64,000 nucleotides of DNA from Octopus sinensis (lineage: Eukaryota). This document shows, piece by piece, positions 1 through 11,700 of this stretch (position 1 is its first letter; every line of letters begins with the position of its first letter). Location of the stretch: positions 55,465 to 119,464 of the forward strand of contig NW_021832604.1 of assembly GCF_006345805.1 (NCBI RefSeq), given 5' to 3'. A model generated the notes under the pieces. That model did no database searches and was not told where the DNA came from. It saw only the letters and a program-made list of their open reading frames with translations. Made by a program: the position numbers and the translations under genes.

Positions 1-1910
1 TTGCCTTTTGCCTGGATTGATGTAAAGAAGGCTTTTGACTTTGTCGATCACGAGTTTCTGTATCAAGTCTTCGATAACTCAGGCCTCCCCCATTGGATTG
101 TGGATTTTATCAAGGCAATTGTCACGAAATGGAAGATCAAGCTGAGATTTAATCAAAAAGAGATTGGTGAAGTGAAAATGGAGAGAGGGATCTTGCAGGG
201 TGATTCTTTATCGCCGCAAATCTTTGTTCTTGTCCTGGACCCCCTGAGTAGAATATTGAATGCGAAATTCCCAAATGTGCTAGTGGAAAAGTCTGGCAAT
301 AGTCCTCGGGTATAATCAACGAACCACTTGTTGTTTATGGACGACCTAAAATTGTTTGCTCGGAAGGAAGACACTGTAATGAGAATGATGGCCGAACTGC
401 CGGATTGGAGCAAAACGTTGAAAAGTCTGCAACTAATCTTGAAGGGTTGAATAGCAAAGGTAAGCTGCTTGACGGGATTGATGGCTATCGCTACCTTGAA
501 GTATTGGAAGACAAAGATAGCAGAGTTTTGAAGAATGACACGATGAACTCAATATCGGATGCAATCGAGGAGAGAATTAATAGCCTGGCAAAATCGAAGC
601 TAAATTCTGCAAATTTTTTCAAGGCTGTCAATGAGCATGCATTATCGTTGTATAATTACTACATCGGGCTCATTGATATCGAACCATAGGAATTTGAGAA
701 TATCGACAAGAATGTGCGCAAGATTTTGATACGCCACCAAATACACATGAAACCTGGAAACAAACATAGACTTTATCTTTCAAGAGACCGACTAGGAAGA
801 GGATTGGTTTCTGTGGTGCATAAAAGCGAGCGAATGCTTCTTGAATTCCTCAAGGACATTGAGATGAAGGCTTCCTATTGTTTGAGGAGAGAAGGAATCC
901 TGAAAGCCGTCAGATTCAAGAAAACTCATATGGCCACTATCAAGTGAATGTTCTGAAGTATTTGCAAGGAAAGCACTTACTTGAACAAATACAAAAAAAG
1001 CCACTTCACTCGATTTTGTTTAATTGCTATGATGATTTGGACGTGGATCTGAAAGAATCGTCCTGGTGGTTATCTCATGGGAACAACTCTCCAAGGTCGG
1101 AGCGAATGCTGTGCATGGTTCAGGACCGCAACTTATTCTTTGACAACGGTGGTAGTTGTTGCAACCATTGCAACGCCGCCAAAAAGACTGTGGATCATCT
1201 TGCCACAAGATGTGGCAGAATGTTGAACAGTGATTACCTACGTCGCCACAATGAGGTTGTAAGGTGCATGCACCTGCACATCTGCCGAAAATATGGAATA
1301 AAATAGTCTCGGAAGTTAAAGACCCACTCAGTTCAGTCGACTGTCTCTAATTAGGTGATCGAAATACGTGTGGACACGACCATCAAGACGGATACTGCAA
1401 TCAGTAATAATAAACCGGACATTTTTGTCTACGACAAAGTTTGGAATATTATTACGCTCATCGAAATTGGGATTACTTCTCAGCAATCCTTGAAGCATGT
1501 AGAAGTAGAGAAATTACATAAATATGACCTTTTGACGAACGAATTGAAGGTAATCCATAATGCAAGGGTGAATGTCATACCGTTGGTTATTACGTGGGAT
1601 GGAATAACATCCAGATTCTATAAACACTACCAGAACTCCTTACAAGTCCAGGAATCTACGCGAGCTTATATCCAGTCAATCGTGATCAAGAGAACATTGG
1701 AAAGCATGCGCCCGGAGTATAAACTTCTACAGCGGCGAATCATGCAATTAAATAGGACTCGAAAACAACCAAAAAGTGGCCTGCCTTGTAAAATGGATAA
1801 GTGTACCCGTCGAAGACACTTGCTCGGGCTCGAAGAGGAGGAGAATCGACTGAAAGCAGACGCAATAATTAAAAATCAATTTTATCTGGACTTTTCAAAT
1901 ATATAATATT
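1..1910 (+). mobile_element. R4/Dong-like RLE non-LTR retrotransposon, 3' part, degenerate (RT + CCHC + restriction-like endonuclease)
   Basis: RT motifs WIDVKKAFD, GILQGDSLSP, LFMDDLKL; CxxC..H..C knuckle (CNHCNAAKKTVDHLATRC); KPDI..IEIG REL motif. Broken by stops and frameshifts. Same family as the element at 50503-54071. Confidence 0.9.
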
Positions 1911-1923
1911 TATCGATTTAAAA

Positions 1924-2382
1924 TTTTTTTTGTCAATGTATAAAACGCAAATAATTAGATTAGAAGTTAACAAAGCCATCTATGCGAAGTGGACCCCGCC
2001 AACATAATTGACGTTGCCTCTCACGATAGCAACGGAGATCAACTGGAGAAGCCACCGGGTCTCACGTGTGTCGTGGCTTTTTAATGTGGCTAAGCGTCCA
2101 AGCTTCTTTAGGAAGCGATTTCCCACTTATTCCTCCAGTTGTCTCGACCACAATCGGACAGAACACGAATCGATCTCGCAGCGCTTCATATTTTCTCTCC
2201 TTTGCCCTCATCGTTTTTTCGCGGCATACAGTCTGTCCTCCCGGCAATGTTGGACGGGCAGAGAGTGTCCACACAGGTTGCGTCCCAGGGGTTTCCCCTC
2301 TTCAAATGGGAAAATTGTGATCCCATCAGGACGTTTTCCATCTCCAAGCCCGACCGGTTCAAGTACGGCTGGGTATCCTGCA
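1924..2382 (-). mobile_element. CRE-clade non-LTR retrotransposon 3' fragment with A-tail
   Basis: Minus strand reads [30 protein letters not shown], then WDATCVDT after a frameshift. A8 tail (T8 on plus) near 1924-1931. 5' side ends at the 35-bp TIR. Confidence 0.85.
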
Positions 2383-2469
2383 GATTTTAAATTTAAAGCA
2401 AAAAAGGGCGTTTGAATAATAAATATGGATAATCCGAAATCTAAGTATTATGTTTATGATAGATTGTAG

Positions 2470-3504
2470 CCTGGCGGATTGCCAAACTGTTTCCCCGGAT
2501 AATGGCGATCGAGAACCGTTGCATTAGCCAGTCCGCCTCCCCAGGGTGCGCATTGAGATTTTGGCTCCGAGCTTGCGAAGGAACTTTTCAGTTTTTGGAC
2601 CGAGAGCACCCTACGTCTCCGCCGCGATCGGCACCACGGAAAACTCTTTCGAGAGGGCAGAATATTTTGATAGCTTTAAATCTTCAGCCTTCTTAGCTGC
2701 AGATTTAGCCTCCAGAGCACACGAAGTTAAGTGAGAAGCAGAAAAGGTGTCCCAGCAGGTTGCATCCCATACGAGGCCCTTTCCGCCTTCAAAGGGGAAA
2801 AGGGTCATCCCGTCAGGACGTTTCCCGTCGCCGCGGTCAAGACCCGGTGGTTCGAGGACCGAAGGAAATCCCGCCGAGTCGAGGGCCCTCCGTATGATGT
2901 CATTCATAGCAGAGTGCCTCGGGAAACGTCCGGCACTCCTCTTGCACGATAACTGCTGCAGACCGAAAGGGTCAACAGTGCAGCCACAGCGGCACGTGTG
3001 CGGGACACATTGCCTTAGTCCGAGTCGCAGAGAGACTCCGATCCTTACCGGTTCATCGTCAAGGAGAGTGCCAGATGGGGCGTTCGGGAATGCACAAAGC
3101 CAAGCTCCGCTAGCCGGGGATGCTGCCGACAGAAGGCAAGCGCGGCGGTGCTGGTTGGACGACTCGAGCAGCAGATTGAAAGTTTGCTTGCATCTAATTC
3201 GATCCCAGGCTCGTTGAGACATCTGATTTTCCGGAAAGTCAAGACCTTGTTCCCTCCAGACTTCGCTGAAATGAGCCACATTTGTGTCCAAGGAAAATTC
3301 AGAAAAGGAGCGTAGAATTTCCATAACAAGTGTGTGGCTCGCGGAGACGGAAGAAAGGAAAGCAGGTAACGATAGGTCGGAACATGAGCGGATGCCGAGC
3401 CCTCCAAAAGACAACGGGAGGGTTGCCTGTCTCCAACCCATGTCGTCGAAGGGGGAATTGCATATGTTCTGAGTGCAAGTGCGGATAAGGAGGTCGTAAA
3501 TCAT
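2470..3504 (-). mobile_element. CRE-clade retrotransposon, 5'-truncated (end of RT, zinc knuckle, REL)
   Basis: ORF 2611-3504: LPLSFGGLGIRS, HTCRCGCTVDPFGL, RHSAMNDII, DGKRPDGMTLFPF, VWDATC. Confidence 0.9.
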
Positions 3505-3534
3505 TCTTGAAGTGGAATGTTGATATCTATAAAT

Positions 3535-3810
3535 GTCTCACATCTAACTTCGTGTGTCTCGGAGGCTAAATCTGCTGCTAAGAAGGCTGAAGATTTAAAG
3601 CTAACTAAATATTCTGCCCTTTTGGATGAGTTTTTCGTGATGCCGATAGCGGTGGAGATGTCGGTTCTCTTGGTGCAAAGACAGAAAAGTTCCTCCGGAA
3701 GCTCGGGGCGAAAATCTTCATGCGCACTCACGATCCTCGGAAGGTTGACTGGCTTTTTCCGGGGAAACAGTTTGGGGATCCGCCAGGCTGCTGGCCCTCC
3801 CTTCGATTAA
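3535..3810 (+). mobile_element. CRE-clade 3' fragment, inverted relative to 2470-3504
   Basis: SHLTSCVSEAKSAAKKAEDLKLTKYSAL closely matches the minus-strand copy (SHLTSCALEAKSAAKKAEDLKLSKYSAL). Confidence 0.85.
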
Positions 3811-4319
3811 TCTTTTAACACTTTTGCAAAATATCTATAAATTTATTCAGATATTGGATTTTAATGATAATTTTTTGTATAATTAATGAATGAATTAATG
3901 AATGCAGAATTTTAGAATGCGCATAATTGCATAATTTAATGATTTACGACAAAAATTCAATTTAATTCAAACGCCCTTTTTTGCTTTAAATTTAAAATCG
4001 ATGAATAACATGTTCCATCAATATTTACATTTCTTGATTCTATATATTTTCGATTCAACCTCAGTCTTAATTTTGGATATAATCTTTATTACCGATCAAA
4101 ATAAATTTAAAGAATCAAAGAATATAACGCGATTTTCAGACTCCAATTGTGATTTCGTTCATTATCACAAAACATTACAAATCGGGCTTTCCTGTGATTC
4201 TACTGCAGCTAAGACTGGTCTCAAATAAGCTAATGGTCTAAATGTGTATAAAATTTATTCAATTATTCAATTAAAATAACCGCCTATGACTGCTATAAAA
4301 CCGTATCAAACGCTAGTAC

Positions 4320-4769
4320 ATGATGCAACAATGCGGAAAGAAATTATGCGGAGATTTGTATAATGGCGACTCGGGTATATCAAACTTGAAATTTTTTATA
4401 CCACCATCAAAGGTTATTCGGAAGGAAGGTTCAAAATCCGAGCTGCAAAAAAAATGTAATTTTTGCGAAGAACTTATCGAAACAAACCAAGATATGATGG
4501 TTCATAAACAAATTTTACACGAAACAAAAAATCCTTTTTTGTGTTTGAAATGCGGAAAACGCTTCACTACTTTCAGCGCCAGATACAAGCACAAATATGT
4601 TCACATTACAGTCAAGCCATTTAAATGCTATTTATGTCTAGCAACTTTTTCTCAGAGTGGTAATTTGCACAGGCATATCAGACAAATACACTACAATGTT
4701 TCTGTGAAGGAATACCACGAAATGATTGAACAAGACAAAATTAAAAATATCAGAGATTTGATTTTCTAA
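4320..4769 (+). CDS. C2H2 zinc-finger protein (3 fingers); true start uncertain
   Basis: CNFC..HKQILH, CLKC..HKYVH, CYLC..HIRQIH with KPFKC-type linker. Confidence 0.8.
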   Translation: MMQQCGKKLCGDLYNGDSGISNLKFFIPPSKVIRKEGSKSELQKKCNFCEELIETNQDMMVHKQILHETKNPFLCLKCGKRFTTFSARYKHKYVHITVKPFKCYLCLATFSQSGNLHRHIRQIHYNVSVKEYHEMIEQDKIKNIRDLIF

Positions 4770-5842
4770 TATATTTTTTATTAAAACAAAGAATGTTCTA
4801 GCAAACACAACAAACGGATTTTAGAAATTTGATACACAAACGAAATCGAGTTCGAATAAGTGTGTGGAAAATATAATTGTGAAAATTAATTCACACTTAA
4901 AAATAATATCAACTTTTTATGCTATTGGGACAAATTTGCCTGTCACACTTCACATGTTTCCTCCTCACTAAAGTGTTCTAGGGATTCAGATTGACAAGTC
5001 TTCTCCTAAGAAGAACTGTACATGTTTAATAGGTGTGAATATAGCAAAGATCCACTCAAAGTTAGGAACTGGCTAACCATGCTAGAAACAAGTAAAATGT
5101 AGCAATATATACAGAGGCAACTCAGGTTATATTGCGAATATTGTTGTACAGATAAAAAGTATCAGAGTACATAAAAACATCCGATGTCATTTGATATTAA
5201 TAAATCATCCCCAAATGACATGAAAAGGGAGGAAAACAAGAAGGGTTAGGGTTACGACCACAAGGATCGAAGGATGTTATTTAGAATTTATTTAGAATTA
5301 AAGTATTTAGTAGGCTTACCAGTAAAAATAATTATAAAATAAATTCAGATATTCCATAGTTATTCTTTAATATTAAATCAAGTAAAATCTCCGCAACCCA
5401 GAAAAGAGCTTTCACACTTACCGAAAGGTGGTATACAGGTGAAGCTATCAAACCACCAATCCCTTTCGAAACTCTCATTGAGAAGAATACAAAAGGGCAT
5501 CAATGGTATAAAGGAACGATCCGCCCTCAACGATCTTGTGTGGGCTCAAGAGAGCAGCACAGAGCGAAGCTGAGAGCAATGATCAAATTCGTCGGGATCA
5601 CCTAGTTAGTTTTTTTGGTTAACGGTGGTCTTTGGAATAAATTTTGATTTGATTTGAAGTCATTCTTAATGAAAAACACGAGACTTTTATTGCCTGTAGT
5701 ATCTAAGGATTGTCTTCTGTGACGAAAATTTATCTATCAAGAAAATTATGCCAGAATTATACTATATAGAAACACAAATAAATAAATGAAAATAAATATT
5801 ATACAATTGAACTTATACGGCCAATAGAGCCTAAAATTTCAT

Positions 5843-7833
5843 TTAGCAGTGACTGTCTTTTCTTTTACTAACTCCCAACATGAGACCAATATTTGGGTCG
5901 ATTCCATCAATTAAATATCCAATGGTGACGTGCATATTAATTATCTTCATTTCTGATAATATTTTGGAAAACAAATAACCTTGATTATCAATTTCATTTA
6001 ACAAAAATAGAGATAGTTTACTATGTTTTGGTTCGTTTTTAGTCAATTTTGTAATCAAATATTTTAAAAATGATTCCAAAGTGACGTTTCCATTAACCTA
6101 TCAAAAATGTATTGCAAGACTGAACGTTTTCCAAAATGCTCTTTTTGTCTTTGTACTGTTTCAGCATATAATGCTCCACACTGTGACCAATAATGACTGA
6201 TAATTGATATTTGCTGTCGACTCGCTCACATGCACTTATGCATGAAATATTAGATGATTTCTTTTTCTAATTTAACAATACTTAACAGTACCAAGTTTTT
6301 GAATTCAGTAAGACTCAAACCAGTACGACGACTAAATAATTTATATTTAAAAAATACTCAAAAGTTCCGGGTTTGGGCTGGATCATGATCGAGTTTTCAA
6401 AACTAAGTTTAAATTACTTTTTCAAACCTCTGAATTGAGGAGAGAATATTTAATCTCATCAATTTTACTGAAAATTCATTTCTAAACTCGACATGGTAGT
6501 TTTTTGAAACAGTTTGCATCAGTTTAATTTCAATTATGACCTGAAAATTTTTCTTACATTTCTCAAAATTTATTTTTCCGTCAATTTTATCTTCAAACGC
6601 AGAGTTAATCATCTCCAAGTCTTTGAGAAAAATCCCAATATAAGGAATCGTGCCATAATTTATTTTCTAAAAGTTACTTAATTGTAAAAATATTAACATT
6701 TGAAACCTATAAATATCACAACTAAAGAATACTTTCAAGTTTTTATGTTTTGATCTTTCCACTCCAATTTTAGCAGTTGCTTCCTATGAATTATGAAAAT
6801 AATTATTGCCGAGTATATAATTTCCCTCATCTTCGTGTAGTTATTCTCGAAGGATGTAATTTCAAGAAGATAATAGTACACCAGCATGGTTTCTCTGATG
6901 AATTATAAAACGCGTGATACTTGCTAACAAATTTCCACGTGTGCGTCAAACGAGAAATTGACGTATTTTGAAGAGATGTAATTATGGCACACAGGGAAGA
7001 AAAATTTTTCATTTCTCTTAAATGGTGACATATTTTTATCCATTTTTCGATGAGTTTGCTTCTTTCCTGGACTTCGAGGGAAATGTTTGATAAAATTGTG
7101 CTCTGGACAATATTTCCGATCAGATTATATTGCTGAGCTAGTTGGTATATCGAAGACTTTTTATTAGTAGAACAAGATTTATCCAAAAAATCATGTGGAA
7201 GAATATTCGAGAAAAGGTACTAAAGCATTATTGTATTGCTAAACAACAGCATCTCGTATGGTGAGTTGTTCAGCAAAATACTTTTCACTTCCAAATCTGA
7301 AAAATTCTATTTCCCATTGATTGCATAGATGACAGTATGAAGTTAGGTCGGAGATATTGTCTAATCATATCTCTGTTAAAAAACCAGTTTTTTTAGTGGC
7401 CGAAATTTTTTTGAATATTTTCAAAATAGTAAATCTTGTATTCTCGTTAAGTTTTTTGGATAGTTTATTGATAAACAAATTAAAACAATTTTTTTCCATT
7501 TCATAAAAGTCATTCGGGTACATTTTGATCCAAGAGTGTATAAAAGTTGACATTTTTCTAAGAAATTCTATAAAAACTTAACACTTATCAATTTCCGCAG
7601 AAAGGGATGGCATTTCTTGTTGTAGAAACTCAGATCTTAAAGACATTACAGATATTTTAAAACCTACTGAATAGTGACTCTGCCAATTCTTCGGGGCTTA
7701 TGAAAGTCCGGAAAGTAGCCAAAAACGTATTCATGTACATAGAATCTACATACTCTTTTTCTGGAATAAATAAGGCTGATATGAGGTCGTTTAGATAGGC
7801 TTCTTTTATAACTGATTTAGATGACTGCTCCAT
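5843..7833 (-). CDS. RALGDS: RalGDS/RGL-like Ras-family GEF (REM + CDC25 domains), multi-exon; ends approximate
   Basis: REM-like TFLATFRTF; CDC25 helices ERSKLIEKWIKICHHLREMKNFSSLCAIITSLQNTSISRLTHTW and GTIPYIGIFLKDLEMINSAFEDKIDGKINFEK. Confidence 0.75.
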
Positions 7834-8768
7834 GCTTGTCTAAAATAATTATGCGCCATTTTTATGAAAAGTAATTCAAATTTGACGTCAATTTCAGGAA
7901 ATTGCAGAATCAATTGTGTCACATATTTAAGAAGATTAATTAGTTGTCTCGAACTTTTGACTAAAAATAATGTTCACTGACTTGATATTTTAATAAACTT
8001 TCTTTTACTTAATCCTTCAGCCATAGAAGGTTAACTCAAGACTTAAGGGATCTTTGTTTTCAATGAACAGCTTGGAGATCTCTTTTCTCTTTCTATAGAT
8101 TGAAGGGAACTCTTAAATAAGACTCCTGTTTAAGCACTCGATACCGAAACGTCTTTTTAAAAAGACGTTGATAGAAAACTAAATTTTTATACCACTTAAG
8201 ATGGTCGAAATAATTTTGGAAACCGAGCAAAAATCGCGAGGTTCAAGAAAAATAAATTTTATATGACATGGTGCAGGATAGAGTTGCAGGAATATTTCTA
8301 TCTAAAATAATGAGTCAGATTATTTAAAAGAAGTCATTTATTCTGACGAAAGTAATATTAGGTATTAAAAGGCAGATACTGTAAAAAAGTTAATTGCTAA
8401 TGCACTTCTTAAAGTGGCTTGAAATTTAATTTGTATTTTTAAAAATATATAGTTTCAATAAAACGAAATAAAAAAATTTACACTTTTCAGAAAACTAGTT
8501 AAGGCTGCTTTAAAAATGTTTATTGGAATTTTGTAACCTCGATCTCTAAAAAAATATTTATCAAATTAGTATGAATTAATAGCAAGCATTCGTTTAAGAT
8601 TTTCTAAACAAAAGGTTTGAGAGTTATTCTATAGCAGAATTTCATTATAATATATCCATTATTTTTTAGATATATGAATAGATATCAATAATAATAATTA
8701 ACCCATTGTAATAAAAAATATTAAATCCAATACAGGAATAAATAGTAAAAATTATTTTAATGAACGCA

Positions 8769-11700
8769 ATGGCAGAAAATTCCAACGAATTTTCTAATTT
8801 TGAGCCATCCATTTTTTATTTGATTAAACAAAAAAACTGGAGTCTGATAGAACACATTTTGCGAACGACAAATAAATTTGACCACAGTGAAATAAATTGC
8901 AGAGAAACTGTATTTAGAAAGATATTATAAACACTAGTATACTGGTCTAACTCCTCTGATGTATGCAATCAAAGAAAACAAGCATTTGATTGCGGAAAAA
9001 CTTGTGGAAAAAAACGCAGATCTAAACCTCAGATGCAAAGTATTGTTTTTAAATTTGTAGGAAAGTCGTACTGCTCTACATTACGCTGCCATTTCTGCCA
9101 CAGATGAATTTACAAAATTAATTTTATCCAAGAAAGTTGATGTATCGATGACTGACGATGTAAATATTAACGTTCTTACATAGAATGGACAACTTGCACT
9201 GCATTTAGCTTGTCAATTTACTACTAATGCAAACAATTCTTATAAATTGTTGGCAAAAGTTTCTAAGAAAATTGATTTCATCACACAGGATAAGGTTTCT
9301 AATCTCTAAACTATTTTTAGAAAGGATATATTCCATTATTTTATGCCATTAAAGTTTTATCGACAAAAGTTTGTAAAGAATTGTTACCGCTTAATTATGA
9401 GCAACTAAAAATACATTCCATAGTAGTACATAAAATATAATTTACAAGAAAAACGGCGACACGGCGGTACATATAGCTTCAAGAGTTGGATTCGTTGAAA
9501 TAGTTCCAATTTTCCACGAATTTGATTGCAATTTGGATTCTCAAAATGTTAGCTAGAAAATAAATAATTAAAGGACGATTTGGAAACACCGTTACATATA
9601 GCATCAGGCAATGGCGATTTGAATTTTTTGAAATGCCTTATTCATTTAAGAGCGAATCCAGATATATGCGACAAAGTCAAAATATATTAATTAATATTTT
9701 AATTAGATGGATAGATCGTCGCTTCACATTGCTACAGAAAAAGGACATTTTGAGATCATTAAAATTCTAATTGATAAATTTAAATCAAGCGTTTTTAAAA
9801 GAACTCTGAATGGGGATAATCTCCTTCATATTGCTGGAAAACAAGGACATTTAGAAATTGTGACTTTTCTTCTAAAATATGAAGAATTACTAAAAATGCC
9901 AAATAAAGTTAATCGTCATGCCAATTATTTTAATGGTCGGGGAAATTTGTCTTCACGAATCTGCTAGGCAAGGACATTCAGATATAGTAAAACTAATGTT
10001 GAGGAAATCAATTGATGTTAATTCCACAACAAAGGTTAATCATGTGACTTTTATATAAGGACAACTATACAGCCTTGCACTTAGCCGTAGAAAATGGTAT
10101 GGTAGATGTAGTTCAAATTTTACTTGGATTTGGAGCCTCAATTAAAATTTTAGGAGGCGTATATATTATTTATTGACTTATAGATAAAAGAAACGGCGTT
10201 ACACATTTCTGCGAAAACAGTGGACAACGTAGAATGCACAGAAATGTTAATAAAATCAGGATGCGACGTAAACGGAGTCAATCTGGTTTAATATAATGAG
10301 ATTTAAAATTTAGAACGGAGACACTTCTCTTCATATTGCTTCCGTTTACAATAATTTAAAAATTGTCCAAATATTATTAAAAGAAAATGCAGATTACAAA
10401 ATCCAAAACAATGTTTAGATTTATATTTAATTTATTCACAGAAAGGAGAAACCCCATTACATGTTGCTGTTCGATATTGCCGCTATGAAATTTTATCTGA
10501 ATTTATTTCAAAAATCAAAGCTTCAATTCAACCTTTAGAGTTCAATGAAATAATTAATATTAAAAATATTGTATCACAATTTTCAAAATTTTAGGACGGG
10601 GAGACACTACTACATTTGGCATGCGAGCTAAATAAAAGTTCTGACCCCGAAGTTCAATCTCAAATTAATATGGCCATTCTTCTTTTAGAAAATGGAGCTG
10701 ATTATTCTATTCGTACAAATCTGGTATTTTTTATATTGATAAATTCTATTTAGACTTTGGAGACACCAATACATTATTGTGCAAAGATTGGAAATCCTGA
10801 CATTATGAGCAAGATTTTGAATTACATTGACTGCCATCATATTCATGCCATTATCAATTTGCAAGCAAATGTTTTTTATCTGTGATATTTTAGAATGGAT
10901 GGACACCTATTTTTTATGCGTGTGAACAAGGGCACCATAAAATTGTACAAATATTGTTAAAATTCTTTGCGCGTGTGGATGTTATAGACATTGTACTAAA
11001 TTCCAAATTTACTTTTTAGTATGGAAAAGCAGTTATACATTTAGCGTGTGAAAAAGGTCATGAAAAAATTGTCCGTGAATTGCTCAATAGTAAAGCATAC
11101 GTAAATTTCCGTTCAAAATCCGGTCATACTCCCTTGCATTTCGCAGCACAATACGGGAACCGGAATCTTATCAAGTGGATGGTTACAGAATATGAGGCGT
11201 CTCTGGAGACAGTTTCAGTAGTAATGAATTGCTTAAATTAAATTTATAGAATAAAAAGACTCCATTGCATTTAGCGGCACAGTCTGGCCAAATCAATTCA
11301 TGTAAAATACTAATCGAACTGGGATCGCACTTAAATGCAAAAGACCAGGTTAAATTGGTTTCTTTTTGAATTAGAATGGTTCAAATCCGTTGCACTTGGC
11401 CGCCGAAAATGATCACGAGGAAGTTGTACGATTTTTTCTAAAAATAAAGCACGAATTGATATCGGAATCTGACAATGTTTATAAATTATATTAAATAAAA
11501 ACTGATAGAACCACAACACATGTGCTCATATCGCTGCATTGCGGGGTAGTGTTAATGTCATGAAAGAATTGCTTTGTTTCAATAAAATGACCATCATTTC
11601 AACTCGGAGCAAAGTTATAGGATTATATATTTTGTAGAAAAAAGAATGGACACCACTTCACATGGCATCCAGTAAAGGACATTTATTTATTGTCAAGTTA

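Larger units (their letters stand above)
2383..3999. mobile_element. 1617-bp segment bounded by perfect 35-bp terminal inverted repeats; putative non-autonomous DNA transposon carrying CRE fragments
   Basis: GATTTTAAATTTAAAGCAAAAAAGGGCGTTTGAAT at 2383-2417 is the exact reverse complement of 3965-3999. No transposase ORF and no clear TSD. Confidence 0.7.

Noticed and set aside
5243-5254. GGGTTAGGGTTA as an interstitial telomere seed
   Set aside because: Only two units; expected by chance.
5380-5610. GC-richer island as an rRNA or ncRNA fragment
   Set aside because: No conserved rRNA, snRNA or tRNA motif recognised; probably a decayed TE, but not supportable.
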